Shown here: positions 13,055-26,360 of the stretch, piece after piece
Numbering within the stretch: position 1 is the first letter of the stretch
How the letters are laid out: each line of letters opens with the position of its first letter
From: Mobula hypostoma
Taxonomy: Eukaryota
DNA length: 64,000 bases
Reading direction: 5' to 3'
Assembly: GCF_963921235.1 (NCBI RefSeq)
Contig: NC_086108.1
Coordinates: 68,512,001-68,576,000 of the forward strand
The notes under the pieces: model-generated
Databases searched by the model: none
Told to the model about the DNA's origin: nothing
Seen by the model: only the letters and a program-made list of their open reading frames with translations
Program-made: the position numbers and the translations under genes

Positions 13055-15318
13055 AGAGAGTGACATAGTTAATTCAGAAACAAAGGTTCTGAACTTAAAG
13101 AGGGGTAACTTTGAAGGTATGAGATGTGAATTAGCTAAGATAGACTGGCAAATGACACTTAAAGGATTGACGGTGGATATGCAATGGCAAGCATTTAAAG
13201 GTTGCATGGATGAACTACAACAATTGTTCATCCCAGTTTGGCAAAAGAATAAATCAAGGAAGGTAGTGCACCCGTGGCTGACAAGAGAAATTAGGGATAG
13301 TATCAATTCCAAAGAAGAAGCATACAAATTAGCCAGAGAAAGTGGCTCACCTGAGGACTGGGAGAAATTCAGAGTTCAGCAGAGGAGGACAAAGGGCTTA
13401 ATTAGGAAGGGGAAAAAAGATTATGAGAGAACACTGGCAGGGAACATAAAAACGGACTGTAAAAACTTTTATAGATATGTAAAAAGGAAAAGACTGGTAA
13501 AGACAAATGTAGGTCCCCTGCAGACAGAAACAGGTGAATTGATTATGGGGAGCAAGGACATGGCAGACCAATTGAATAATTACTTTGGTTCTGTCTTCAC
13601 TAAGGAGGACATAAATAATCTTCCAGAAAGAGTAAGGGACAGAGGGTCCAGTGAGATGGAGGAACTGAACGAAATACATGTTAGTAGGAAGTGGTGTTAG
13701 GTAAATTGAAGGGATTGAAGGCAGATAAATCCCCAGGGCCAGATGGTCTGCATCCTAGAGTGCTTAAGGAAGTAGCCCAAGAAATAGTGGATGCATTAGT
13801 GATAATTTTTCAAAACTCGTTAGATTCTGGACTAGTTCCTGAGGATTGGAGGGTGGCTAATGTAACCCCACTTTTTAAAAAAGGAGGGAGAGAGAAACCG
13901 GGGAATTATAGACCGGTTAGCCTAACGTCGGTGGTGGGGAAACTGCTGGAGTCAGTTATCAAGGATGTGATAACAGCACATTTGGAAAGCGGTGAAATGA
14001 TCGGACAAAGTCAGCATGGATTTGTGGAAGGAAAATCATTTCTGACGAATCTCATAGAATTTTTTGAGGATGTAACTAGTAGAGTGGATAGGGGAGAACC
14101 AGTGGATGTGGTATATTTGGATTTTCAAAAGGCTTTTGACAAGGTCCCACACAGGAGATTAGTGTGCAAACTTAAAGCACACGGTATTGGGGGTAAGGTA
14201 TTGGTGTGGGTGGAGAATTGGTTAGCAGACAGGAAGCAAAGAGTGGGAATAAACGGGACCTTTTCAGAATGGCAGGTGGTGACTAGTGGGGTACCGCAAG
14301 GCTCAGTGCTGAGACCCCAGTTGTTTACAATATATATTAATGACTTGGATGAGGGAATTAAATGCAGCATCTCCAAGTTTGCGGATGACACAAAGCTGGG
14401 TGGCAGTGTTAGCAGTGAGGAGGATGCTAAGAGGATGCAGGGTGACTTGGATAGGTTGGGTGAGTGGGCAAATTCATGGCAGATGCAATTTAATGTGGAT
14501 AAATGTGAAGTTATCCACTTTGGTGGCAAAAATAGGAAAACAGATTATTATCTGAATGGTGGCCGATTAGGAAAAGGGGAGGTGCAACGAGACCTGGGTG
14601 TCATTATACACCAGTCATTGAAAGTGGGCATGCAGGTACAGCAGGCGGTGAAAAAGGCGAATGGTATGCTGGCATTTATAGCAAGAGGATTCGAGTACAG
14701 GAGCAGGGAGGTACTACTGCAGTTGTACAAGGCCTTGGTGAGACCACACCTGGAGTATTGTGTGCAGTTTTGGTCCCCTAATCTGAGGAAAGACATCTTT
14801 GCCATAGAGGGAGTACAAAGAAGGTTCACCAGATTGATTCCTGGGATGGCAGGACTTTCATATGAAGAAAGACTGGATGAACTGGGCTTGTACTCGTTGG
14901 AATTTAGAAGATTGAGGGGGGATCTGATTGAAACGTATAAGATCCTAAAGGGATTGGACAGGCTAGATGCAGGAAGATTGTTCCCGATGTTGGGGAAGTC
15001 CAGAACGAGGGGCCACCGTTTGAGGATAGAGGGGAAGCCTTTTAGGACCGAGATTAGGAAAAACTTCTTCACACAGAGAGTGGTGAATCTGTGGAATTCT
15101 CTGCCACAGGAAACTGTTGAGGCCAGTTCATTGGCTATATTTAAGAGGGAGTTAGATATGGCCCTTGTAGCTACGGGGGTCAGGGGGTATGGAGGGAAGG
15201 CTGGGGCGGGGTTCTGAGTTGGATGATCAGCCATGATCATAATAAATGGCGGTGCAGGCTCAAAGGGCTGAATGGCCTACTCCTGCACCTATTTTCTATG
15301 TTTCTATGTTTCTATGTT
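13055..15318 (+). mobile_element. Young 5'-truncated CR1 LINE; ORF2 (RT) nearly intact with one frameshift at ~13690
   Basis: ORFs 13119-13700 and 13691-15217 (KSPGPDG, YLDFQKAFDKV, GVPQGSVL, KFADD, RPHLEYC); (tttctatg)3 tail. Confidence 0.97.
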
Positions 15319-15603
15319 TACTAACCATCCCACTCCCTTCTTTGCTTCTAAAACCATTTTGGTTCTTTCTCTTGGCAAAGTTCTTCTGAAAGGTATTGGG
15401 CTGAAGATGTTAACTCTTTTTCTCTTGCCCTCAAGTACTGCCTGACCTGCTTTAGTGTTTCCGACATCTTCGGCTTTATTTCAGATTTCCAGGATATGTA
15501 GGTTTCTTTTTTTTTATTCATCTTATACTGCAAGGTGTTTTGAACAATTATGATTATTGTTTAACATCTTTAATAGGTAAAATAAACAATTAAATATACA
15601 TAA

Positions 15604-15836
15604 TACAGATGAACCCCTGTGTTATGTGAAGGGGGATTACATTCCTAGAAAATTCCCTGATCACAAAGGCACATCATCTGCAAATATATCAAGAAATGCA
15701 AGTTGAAAATGTTGTGTTCATTTATTTATTTACTTTTTAATCAAGTGAATTCTGTAGGAGTGAATTTTATTCCCTATCACAAATTGGTGGTTAGTGAATT
15801 GTGAATTCTATAAACATAAATTTCCATAACTCTGTA
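15604..15836. mobile_element. Possible old Tigger-like DNA transposon remnant
   Basis: TA-CAG start (tacagatgaacccctgtgttatg) and ...cataactctg-TA end; weak inverted match only. Confidence 0.3.
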
Positions 15837-16459
15837 AATTGTTTGGAAATAGATTTTTTATTTACTTGATTTTTCCATTATTACCTTTTGGGTTGTCATT
15901 TCTATTTTATTAGGGATTTTTTAAGAAGCTGGTTAAAAAAGAAAAACAAAACAATGAGGGTATTTCTAATTTAATTAGGTTTAGAATATGCAGAAAAAAA
16001 ATTTAATCTATGTTCTTAATCTGTTACTTGAATGCTGCCAAACAAATCCAATTAAGGACAGTTGATATTAACAATGGGAACTCAAGACAGTTATCTATTT
16101 AATTCTTGAAACAGCCATGTAAGAATTTCTTCTTGCCAAGGATGGGGAAATCTCTACAAGAAGAAATTACTACACATAGCTCAGTTTCAAATCTTGAGAA
16201 GTACACAGCAATGTACTTGGGATTGCAGGTCACCAGAGATACTTAAACAGGAAGGAGATCAGGAAATTGAGAGCTATGGGGAACTGGCACAGTGGAGGAG
16301 TTGAAGCCTTCACAGACATATTGAATGTTGGAGCAGGTGTGAGAGAACATAGAACATAGAACAGTACAGCACTGGACAGGACATTTGGCCCAAGACGTTG
16401 TGCCAACCTTGATGTTAAATTATTTTAAAGGTCTTCCTCCCATACCGTTTCACTCTTTA

Positions 16460-16740
16460 CCTACTTGGAAGGTGCTTGGAGGTAGGTACAGAGGGGATGT
16501 CAAGGGTAAGTTTTTTACGCAGAGAGTGGTGAGTGTGTGGAATGGGCTGCCAGCGACTGTGGGGGGGAGGGGCAGATACAATAGGGTCTTTTAAGAGACT
16601 CCTGGATAGGTATTTTGAGCTTAGAAAAATAGAGGGGTATGGGTAACACTAGGTAATTTCTAAAGTACATATTCTGCACAGCATTGTGGGCTGAAGGGCC
16701 ATATTGTGCCATAGGTTTTCTATGTTTCTATGTTTCTATA
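16460..16740 (+). mobile_element. CR1 3' end among a cluster of short CR1 fragments (~16250-17030)
   Basis: GRYRGDVKGKFFTQRVVSVWNGLP; (tttctatg)n tail. Confidence 0.85.
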
Positions 16741-18410
16741 CAGTTTCAGGAACCCCTCTTGGATGTAGTGATGAAATCCTGCCCCAACTAATCTTTTTGA
16801 ATTAAGGTAGTTCCAATCAATACTGGGCAAATTAAAGTCCTCCACCATGATGATTCTGTTGTTTCTGCACCTTTCCATAATCTGTCCTCATATTCCTTCA
16901 CCTCTCAGAGGCTGTTGAGTGTAATCCCCTCAGGCTAATTCTGAACTCCACCCAAATTGCCTCTGTCGTTGCCAGCCCAGATTGGCCAGGTGGCCCACTC
17001 CTGCTTCTGTTTACCCATGTGCTTCTGAAGTACACTTGCCCCTTTTCTACTTATCCATTTCATCTTCACTGTCAGCCACAAGGCCACATTCATATCCATA
17101 AACTTCTTCATCATGCCCCTATTTTTAAGACTAAGATTACAAGCATCAAAGAACCAACTACTGAGCTTTCTGGAATCTTACGATAGCAGCCATCGCATGC
17201 TACATACAACCACTCAACTTCTTACTTTGTTTACCTGCAATAAATTCGATGCCTCTAGCAATGTAATATATTGAATAAAAGGTATGTCTTTGCAATATTA
17301 AAATACTAAGCAATTAAAACTCTATCAGGAGCTGAAGACAGAAAGATAGCATGGAATCCTGTGGATGGAACTTAAACTATCATGAACGCTCAAGAGGATT
17401 ACATGTAATAGTTAGCAAATTTCATGCAATTTTCTCCAAATATTCTTACATTTTCTTCAATCTATTTTGAATTTGACTCCATAGACACTATGGAAACTGA
17501 GTTCTAGCACAGAAACATTCTTATTTCTACACTCCAGACACATTTACAATTGACTAGAGAAAATCTCTATTTGCATTCAATATCACTGTTGACAAGGAAA
17601 TGACCTGTATCTCTCATTTCTGATCTTTCTAAAATCAAATCAAAAAACTCCAGTTAAATAAAAGCACTTAAAGTCATGGTTTACAAGAACAGACTAATGG
17701 AAGGAACTCAATCAGTCCCTTGCATCTTTACTGTTCATCAATTATCTTATGATTGATCTTAGCAAATCCATTCACCCCTCTCCATTTATCCGCTGACGCA
17801 CTCACCTAAGAACATCTATTGATCCTAATTCATATTCAGTTGACTCAGCATCCATACACATCTGGGGCAGAGAATGCTAGGTGTTCACAATCCTTTATGT
17901 AAGAAAGTAATTTCTGGTCCCTTTCTGGGATGCCCTAGTGCTATATTTAGAAGTCTTATTCAGGATTTTTCTACTGAAATAAATCGATTCTTTACATCAA
18001 TGTGACCAAATCACCCGAATAGCTTGAGTCTTCTCTGCCATTCTTTACGAATGCATGGAATTTAGTCCCAAATCCACTTTTGAGCCGGATCCCTACTATT
18101 TCCCTAATATCTAAAAGCTTGGATTTGAAAATACTTAAATGATTTAAGGTGCTGTAAATACTTAACATCAAAGATAGGAATGAGCCTAATGGAGCCAGCA
18201 TTGAGTTGATGGGTTGAATGGCTGACTCCTGTGCTGCAACCCTTAAAGATATTGAATCAACTATCCTTCATCCTTATAAAGTAAAGTAGTTATAAGCTAA
18301 GTCTATGAAATACATACTCTCATTTTAATTCCAAGGCCTGGTTTAACTCTGATTAAACTGGAAAAGACAAAACCTCCTTTGTGAGCTGCAGGACATCAAT
18401 ATAGTACACC

Positions 18411-18550
18411 TACAAACAACAGAAAATCTGCAGGTGCTGGAAATCCGAGCAGCACACACAAAATGCTGGAAGAACTCAGCAGGCCAGGCAGCATCTATGG
18501 AAAAAAGTACTGTCAAAATTTTGGGCCAAAACCCTTCGGCAGGACTGTAC
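18411..18550 (-). mobile_element. Penelope-tail short element with decayed hammerhead (18511-18546)
   Basis: Reverse strand cagtcctgccgaagggttttggcccaaaa...tagatgctgcctggcctgctgagttc. Confidence 0.8.
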
Positions 18551-18554
18551 AGCA

Positions 18555-19648
18555 AATATTGAATTGAATTGACATTATTACTTACATCCTTCATATACAT
18601 AAAGAGTAAAAATCTTTACGTTAAGTCTCCGTCTAAATGTGCAATATGCAATTTATAATAAATAATATGTACAACAGGACGGTCAATATAACATAGAAAT
18701 ACAACTGTATCAACATGAGTTAACCAGTCTGATGGCCTGGTGGAAGAAGCTGTCCCAGAGCCTGTTGTTCCTGGCTTTTATGCTGCGGCACCATTTTCCC
18801 AGATGGTAGCAACTGGAACAGTTTGTGGGTGGGGTGACTCAGGTCCCCAATGATCCTTCAGGCCCCACACACCTGTATTTGTAAATGTCCTGAATAATGG
18901 GAAGTTCACATCTACAGATGTGGTGGGCTGTCCGCACCACTCTCTTTGGAGTCCTGTGACTGAGGGAAATACAGTTCCCAAACCAGGCAGTGATATATCC
19001 AATCAGGATACTCTCAATTGTGCCCCTGTAGAAAGTCCTTAGAATCTGGGGGCCCATACCAAACTTCTTCAACTGTCTGAGGTGGAAGAGGCACTGTTGT
19101 GCCTTTTTCACCACACAGCCGGTATGCACAGACCACATGAGATCCTCAGTGATGTGGATGCCAAGGAACTTAAAGCTGTTCACCCTCTCAACCCCAGATC
19201 CATTGATGTCAATAGGGGTTAGCCTGTCTCCATTCCTCCTGTAGTCCTTTGTTTTCGCGACATTGAGGAAGAGTTTGTTTTCTTGATACCACTGTGTCAG
19301 GGTGATGTCTTTTTCTCTATAGGTTGCCTCATTATTGTTTGAGATAAGGCCAATCAGTGTAGTGTTGTCAGCAAATTTAATTAGCAGATTGGAGCTGTGG
19401 GTGGTGAGACAGTCATGGGTATACAGTGAGTAAAGGAGGGGTCTTAGGACACAGCCCTGAGGAGCACCTGTGTTGAGGGTCAGAGGGGTGGAGGTGTGGG
19501 AGCCCACTTTTACAACCTGCCGGCAATCTGACAGGAAGACCACAAGGCAGGGTGAAGGCTGAGGTCTCTGAGCTTCTTGTCGAGCTTGGAGGGAATTATG
19601 GTGTTGAATGCTGAACTGTTGTCCAAGAACAGCATTCTCACATAAGCA
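18555..19648 (-). mobile_element. Rex1/Babar-like LINE RT 3' part; continues at 22012-22230 beyond the Penelope insertion
   Basis: ORF 18839-19543 GAPQGCVLRPLLYSLYTHDC...KFADNTT...FKFLGIHI; (caatt)n tail; upstream piece LSKCFERLV...LDPLQFTYR at 22012-22229. Confidence 0.88.
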
Positions 19649-22011
19649 AACACGAGGAAATCTGCAGACGCTGGAATTTCAAGCAACACCCATTAAAAAT
19701 GCCGGTGAACGCAGCAGGCCAGGCAGCATCTATAGGAAGAGGTGCAGTCGATGTTTCGGGCCAAGACCCTTCGTCAGGACTAACTGAAAGAAGAGATAGT
19801 AAGAGATTTGAAAGTGGGAGGGGGAGGGGGAGATCTGAAATGAGAGGAGAAGACAGGAGGGGGAGGGATGGAGCCAAGAGCTGGAAAGTTGATTGACAAA
19901 AGGGATATGAGAGGATCATGGGATGGGAGGCCTAGGAAGAAAGAAAGGGGGGGGGAAGCCCAGAGGATGGGAAAGGAGTATAGTGAGAGGGACAGAGGGA
20001 CAAAAAGGAGAGAGAGAAAAAATAATAATAAATAAATAAACAAACAAACAGACAAACGAACAAAATAAGGTGTTGTTCCTCCAAACTGAGTGTGGCTTCA
20101 TCTTGACAGTAGAGGAGGCCGTGAATAGACATATCAGAATGGGAATGGGACGTGGAATTAAGGCAACACTCACAACACGTTGGAGAAACTCAGCAGGTCG
20201 GGCAGCATCCGTGGAAACGATGAGTCGACGTTTCGGGCCGGAACCCTTCGGCAGGACTGTACAACAAATATTGAATTGAATTGACATTATTACTTACATC
20301 CTTCATATACATGAGGAGTAAAAATCTTTACGTACTCTTGGATGTGGAATTAAAATGTGTGGCCACTAGGAGATCCTGCTTTCTCTGGCGGACAGAGCAT
20401 GGGTGTTCAGCGAAACGATCTCCCAGCCTGTGTTGGGTCTTGCCAATATATAGAAGACCGCACTGGGATCACCGGACGCAGTATATCACCCCAGCCGACT
20501 CACAGGTGAAGTGTCGACTCACCTGGAAGGACTGACTGGGGCCTTGAATGGTGGTGAGGGAGGAAGTGTAAGGGCATGTGTAGCACTTGTTCCGCTTACG
20601 AGGATAAGTGCCGGGAGGGAGATCGGTGGGAAGGGATGGGGGGACGAATGGACAAGGGAGTCACGTAGGGAGCAATCCCTGCGGAAAGCAGAGAGAGTGG
20701 GGGAGGGAAAGATGTGCTTAGTGGTGGGATCCCGTTGGAGGTGGTGGAAGTTACGGAGAATTATATGTTGGACCCGGAGGCTGCTGGGGTGGTAGGTGAG
20801 GACAAGGGGAACCCTATTCCTAGTGGGGTGGCGGGAGGATGGGGTGAGAGCAGACGTGCGTGAAATGGGAGAGATGCGTTTGAGAGCAGAATTGATTGTG
20901 GAGGAAGGGAAGCCCCTTTCTTTAAAAAAGGAGGACATCTCCTTCGTTCTGGAATGAAAAGCCTCATCCCGAGAGCAGATGCAGTGGAGACGGAGGAATT
21001 GCGAGAAGGGGCTGGCATTTTTGCAAGAGACAAGGTGGAAAGAGGAATAGTCCAGGTAGCTGTGAGAGTCCGTAAGCTTATAGTAGACATCAGTAGATAA
21101 GCTGTCTCCAGAGATAGAGACAGAAAGATCAAGAAAGGGGAGAGAGGTGTCGGAAATGGACCAGGTAAACTTTAGGGCAGGGTGAAAGTTGGAGGCAAAG
21201 TTAATGAAGTCAACGAGCTCAGCATGCGTGCAGGAAATAGTGCCAATGCAGTCGTCAATGTAGTGAAGGAAAAGAGGGGGACAGATACTATATAAGCTTG
21301 GAACATGGATTGTTCCACAAAGCCAATGAAAAAGGCAGGCATAGCTGGGACCCATACGGGTGCCCATGGCTACACCTTTAGTTTGGAGGAAGTGGGAGGA
21401 GCCAAAGGAGAAATTATTAAGAGTAAGGACTAATTCTGCTAGACGGAGCAGAGTGGTGGTCGAGGGGAACTGGTTAGGCCTGGAATCCAAAAAGAAGCAG
21501 AGAGCTTTGAGACCTTCCTGGTGGGAGATGGAAGTATATAGGGACAGGACATCCATAGTGAAAATAAAGCGGTGGGGGCCAGGGAACTTAAAAACATCAA
21601 AAAAGTTCAGAGCGTGAGAAGTGTCACGAACATAGGTGGGAAGGGATTGAACAAGGGGGGATAAAACAGTGTCGAGGTATGCAGAAATGAGTTTGGTAGG
21701 GCAGGAGCAAGCTGAGACAATGGGTCTACCTGGACAGGCAGGTTTGTGGATCTTGGATAGGAGGTAGAAACGGGAAGTGTGGGGCGTGGGAAATATAAGG
21801 TTGGTAGCAGTGGATGGGAGATACCCTGAGCGGATAAAGTTGGTGATGATGTGGGAGACAATGGCCTGCTGCTCCTTCGTGGGATCATGATCGAGGGGTA
21901 AATAAGAGGAGGTATCCGTGACTTGTCACTGTGCCTCGGCAACATGGAGGTCAGTACGCCAGACTACAAAAGCACCCCTCTTATCGGCAGGTTTTATAGT
22001 AAGGTTAGGAT
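19649..22011 (-). mobile_element. Penelope-like element, RT + GIY-YIG endonuclease, degenerate
   Basis: IKPADKRGA, MDVLSLYTSI, KGVAMGTRMGPSYA, YIDD (ORF 20519-21556); VIYCVR*SQCGLLYIGKT at ~20437-20490; tail with hammerhead 19746-19781. Confidence 0.93.
19746..19781 (-). ncRNA. Hammerhead motif in Penelope tail (one substitution in helix III)
   Basis: Reverse strand AGTC-CTGACGA-AGGGTCTTGGCCC-GAAAC-ATC-GACT. Confidence 0.7.
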
Positions 22012-23289
22012 TCCTTCTTCTCCAGATGTGTAAGGACAGTGTGTAGAGCTGTGGTTGTTGTGTCATCTGCCAATAGGTTGTGTCGGTAGGTGAATTGTAG
22101 GGGGTCCAGTGTGGGTGGTAGCAAGCTGCAGATGTAGTCCTTGACCAGCCTCTCAAAGCATTTGCTTAATATTGAGGTGAATGCAACAGGATGCCAGTTG
22201 TTCAGACATGTTACCTTGGTCTTGTTCAAGACATGTCATCTTGTTCAAGCAAGACTGTATAACTGAAACACAAACTCTTCTCCTGTTTATACCAAGCTGT
22301 TTAAAAGATCATCTTCTATTTGACTTGTTAAACATTATTTGTGAATTACTCCCCTAGCCACAGAAGTTTATTTGCCTCCCTCTCTTTATAATTAGTCACC
22401 ATTGGAAAAATGACTTTCCTTGTGTGACCTATAGTGTAGTGGAGTAAATGGCTATGCAGCACATAAAGTGAAACAATCCGCAGATCTATGTTGCTGCGCA
22501 AGAAGTTTGTTTCCTCCAAATCTAAAAACAAATTGCCCAGCCAGACACTGATTTTGTTTGGAGCAAACTACCAGGCTCGATGGCTTGGATGACCAGCATT
22601 AGTACCAGTGATGCTGTGGTTCAATTCATTAAGCTGACCACTATGTGCATCAGGAAATATCTTGCTGAGCTGGCAGTGAGAGATGAGCGAGGTGTCAGGC
22701 AACAGCATTTTCCAACTGAGAAGAGAGAAGACTGTCTGAGATACAGAGGCACAGAGAAATCTCTCTTAAATCTGTCAGAGACAGACTGACTCCAGCCTGC
22801 TGTGCTAATTCACAAGATCTTCAAAAGGAAAATATATGGGGTCAACTAGTCTAGAGAAAAAGTTAGTTTGTTTGTGAATTCAGTTTAGAAAGTGCCAAAG
22901 TTGCATATTTTATAACATTTACATGGAAAGAGGATTAGTACCGTGCATATAATTCGAATACTGTATCCTGTTTATTCATGTGCTTAATCTAAAAAAAGTA
23001 TGTTGATTTACAATTAGGCTTGTCTCACAAGAGTGCTTTTCCAACCATCTTCCAAAGAAACAGGGCATGATTTGTGCAGTTAAATCAGAACATGGAAACA
23101 TTCCATTTCAGCTCAATCAGGTCATTTACCATCCATGCAAATGAATAGTTCTAACCATATTTACCCATTTTTTCATTATCACTTTAACACTTTCTTTTCA
23201 TTCACTTCTTTAAATTAACCCCAGAAAATTCTCAATCCAATAATTATATTACTTTATTTCCTCTGCCTTCGGTTCTAAATTTTCCACAT

Positions 23290-26093
23290 TTAAAGGGGAT
23301 GAGCTTAGATCGTGGATCTGTACTTGGAGCTATGAAGTTGTGGCCATTACAGAGACTTGGATGCCTCAGGGGCATGAATGGTTACTTAGAGTGCCAGGCT
23401 ATAGATGTTTCAGAATGGACAGGGAGGGAGGCAAAAGAGGTGGAGGCATGGCACTGCTGATCAGAGATAGTGTCACTGCTGCAGAAAAGGAGGAAGTCAT
23501 GGAGGGATTGTCTGCTGAGTCTCTGGGGGTGGAAGTTACAAACAGAAAGGGGTCAATAATTCTACTGGGTGTTTTTTGTAGACCACCCAATAGCAACAGG
23601 GACATAGAGGAGCAGATAAGGAGACAGATTCTGGAATGATGCAGTAATAACAGGGTTATCATGATGGGGGATTTTACTTTCCCCAATATTGATTGGCATC
23701 TCCCTAGAGCAAGGGGTTTAGATAGGGTGGAGTTTGTTAGGTGTATTCAGGAAGCCTACAAAAGGAGAGGCTGTACTTGATCAGATACTGGGAAATGAAC
23801 CTGTTCAGGTGTCAGATCTCTCAGTGGGAGAGCATTTTGGAGACAGTGATCATAATTCTATCTCCTTTAACATAGAATTGGAGTGGGATAGGAACAGACA
23901 AGTTAGGAAAGCGTTTAACTGGAGTAAGGGGAAATATGAAGCTATCAAGCAGGAACTTGGAAGCATAAATTGGGAACAGATGTTCTCAGAGAAATATACA
24001 GCAGAAAATTGGCAAACATTCAGGGGATATTTGCATGGTGTTCTGCACAGGTACGTTCCAATCAGACAGGGAAAGGATGGTAGGGTGCAGGAACTGTGGT
24101 GTACAAAGGCAGTTAAAAATCTAGTCAAGAAGAAAAGAAAAGCTTACAAAAGGTTCAAAAAAACTAGGTAATGATAGAGATATAGAAAATTATGGCAAGC
24201 AGGAAGGAGCTTAAGAATGATATTAGGAAAGCCCGAAGGGGCCATGAGAAGGCCTTGGTGAGTGGGATTAAGGAAAACCCCAAAACATTCTACAAGTATG
24301 GTGAAGAGCAAGAGGATAAGACGTGAGAGAACAGGACCAATCAAGCGTGACAGTGGAAAAGTGTGTTTGGAACTGGAGGAGGTAGCAGAGGTACTTAATG
24401 AATACTTTGCTACAGTATTCACTACAGAAAAAGACCTTAGCAATTGTAGGGATGACTTACAGCAGACTGAAAAGCTTGAGCATATAGATATTAAGAAAGA
24501 AGATGTGCTGGAGCTTTTGGAAAGCGTCAAGTTCGATAAGTCACCGGGACTGGACAAAATATATCCCAGGCTACTGTGGGAGCGAGGGAGGGGATTGCTG
24601 AGCCTCTGACAATGATCTTTGCATCAGCAAAGGAGACGGGAGAGGTTCCGGAGGATTGGAGAGTTGCAGATGTTGTTCCCTTGTTCAAGAAAAGGGGTAG
24701 AAATAGCCCACAAAATTATAGACCAGACAGCCTTACTTCAGTGGTTGGTAAGTTGATGGAGAAGATCCTGAGAGGCAGGATTTATGAACATTTGGAGAGG
24801 CATAATATGATTAGGAATAGTCAGCATGGCTTTGTCAAAGGCAGTTTGTGCCTTACAAGCCTGATTGAATATTTTGAGGATGTGACTAAACACATTGATG
24901 AAGGTAGAGCTGTAGATGTAGTGTATATGGATTTCAGCAAGGCATTTGATAAGGTACCCCATGCAAGGCTTACTGAGAAAGTAAGGAGGCATGGGATCCA
25001 AGGCGACATTGCTTTGTGGATCCAGAACTGGCTTGCACACAGGAGGCAAAGAGTGGTTGTAGACGGGTCATATTCTGCATGGAGGTTGGTGACCAGTGGT
25101 GTGCCTCAGGGACCTGTTCTAGGATCCGTACTCTTCGTGGTTTTTATGTAATCTGGATGAAGAAGTGGAGGAATGGGTTAGTAAATTTGCTGATGACACA
25201 AAGGTTCGGGGTGTTGTGGATAGTGTGGAGGGCTGTCAGAGGTTACAGCGGGACATCAATAGGATGCAAAACTGGGTTGAGAAGTGGCAGATGGAGTTCA
25301 ACACAAGTAAGTGTGAGGTGGTTCATTTTGGTAAGTTAAATATGATGGCAGAATATAGTATTAATTGTAAGACAGTGTGGAGGATCAGAAGGATCTTGGG
25401 GTCTGAGTCCATAGGACACTCAAAGCTGCTGCGCAGGTTGACTCTGCAGTTTAAAAAGCATATGTTGCATTGGACTTCATCAATCATGGGAATGAGTTCA
25501 AGAGCCGAGAGGTAATGTTGCAGCTATATAGGACCTTGGTCAGACCCCACTTGGAGTACTGTGCTCAGTTCTGGTCACCTCAGTACAGGAAGGATGTGGA
25601 AGCTATAGAAATGGCGCAGAGGAGATTTACAAAGATGTTGCCTGGATTGGGGAGCATGCCTTATGAGAATAGATTGAGTGAACTTGGTTTTTTCTCCTTG
25701 GAGCGATGAAGGATGAGAGGTAACCTGATAGATGTGTATAAGATGATGAGAAGTATTGATTGTGTGGATAGTCAAAGGCTTTTTTCTCAGGGTTGAAATG
25801 GCTAACACAAGAGGGCACAGTTTTAAGGTGCTTGGAAGCAGGTACAGAGGAGATGTCAGGGGTAAGTTTTTTTATGCAGATAGTGGTGAGTGTGTGGAAT
25901 GGGCTGCTGGTCAGTGGTGGAGGCAGATACAATAGGGTGTTCTAGGAGGCTCCTGGATAGGTACATGGAGCTTAGAAAAATAGAGGGCTATGGGTAATCC
26001 TAGGTAATTTCTAAAGTAAGTACATGTTCGGCACAGCATTGTGGGACGAAGGGCCTTATTATGCTGTAGGTTTCCTATGTTTCTATGTTTCTA
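23290..26093 (+). mobile_element. CR1 LINE, near full-length ORF2 (APE + RT), multiple frameshifts and stops
   Basis: AITETW, CRPPNS, GDSDHN, YMDFSKAFDKV, GVPQG, KFADD; tttctatg tail. Confidence 0.95.
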
Positions 26094-26220
26094 ATTTAAT
26101 AGCCATAGCTATTTGTTCTTGACCTTAACTGGAATAAATCAAATTTCAGCATCATATTAAACATGTTTATATTGCATACTAATCTTGGTTATTGTAACAG
26201 AAACCCACATTTTTAATATC

Positions 26221-26360
26221 CAGTCCTGATAAAGAGTCTCGGCTGGAAGGGTCGCCTGTGTACTCTTTTCCATAGATGCTGCCTGGCCTGCTGACTTCTT
26301 CCAGCATTTTGTGTGTGTCGCTTGGATTTCCAACATCTGCAGATTTTCTCTTGTCTGTGA
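26221..26360 (+). mobile_element. Penelope-tail short element with decayed hammerhead
   Basis: cagtcctgataaagagtctcggctggaagggtcgcctg...catagatgctgcctggcctgctga. Confidence 0.8.

Noticed and set aside
14125..15240. Long antisense ORFs (134 and 230 aa) and similar ones opposite other CR1 copies
   Set aside because: Shadow frames of CR1 ORF2; no independent protein similarity recognised.
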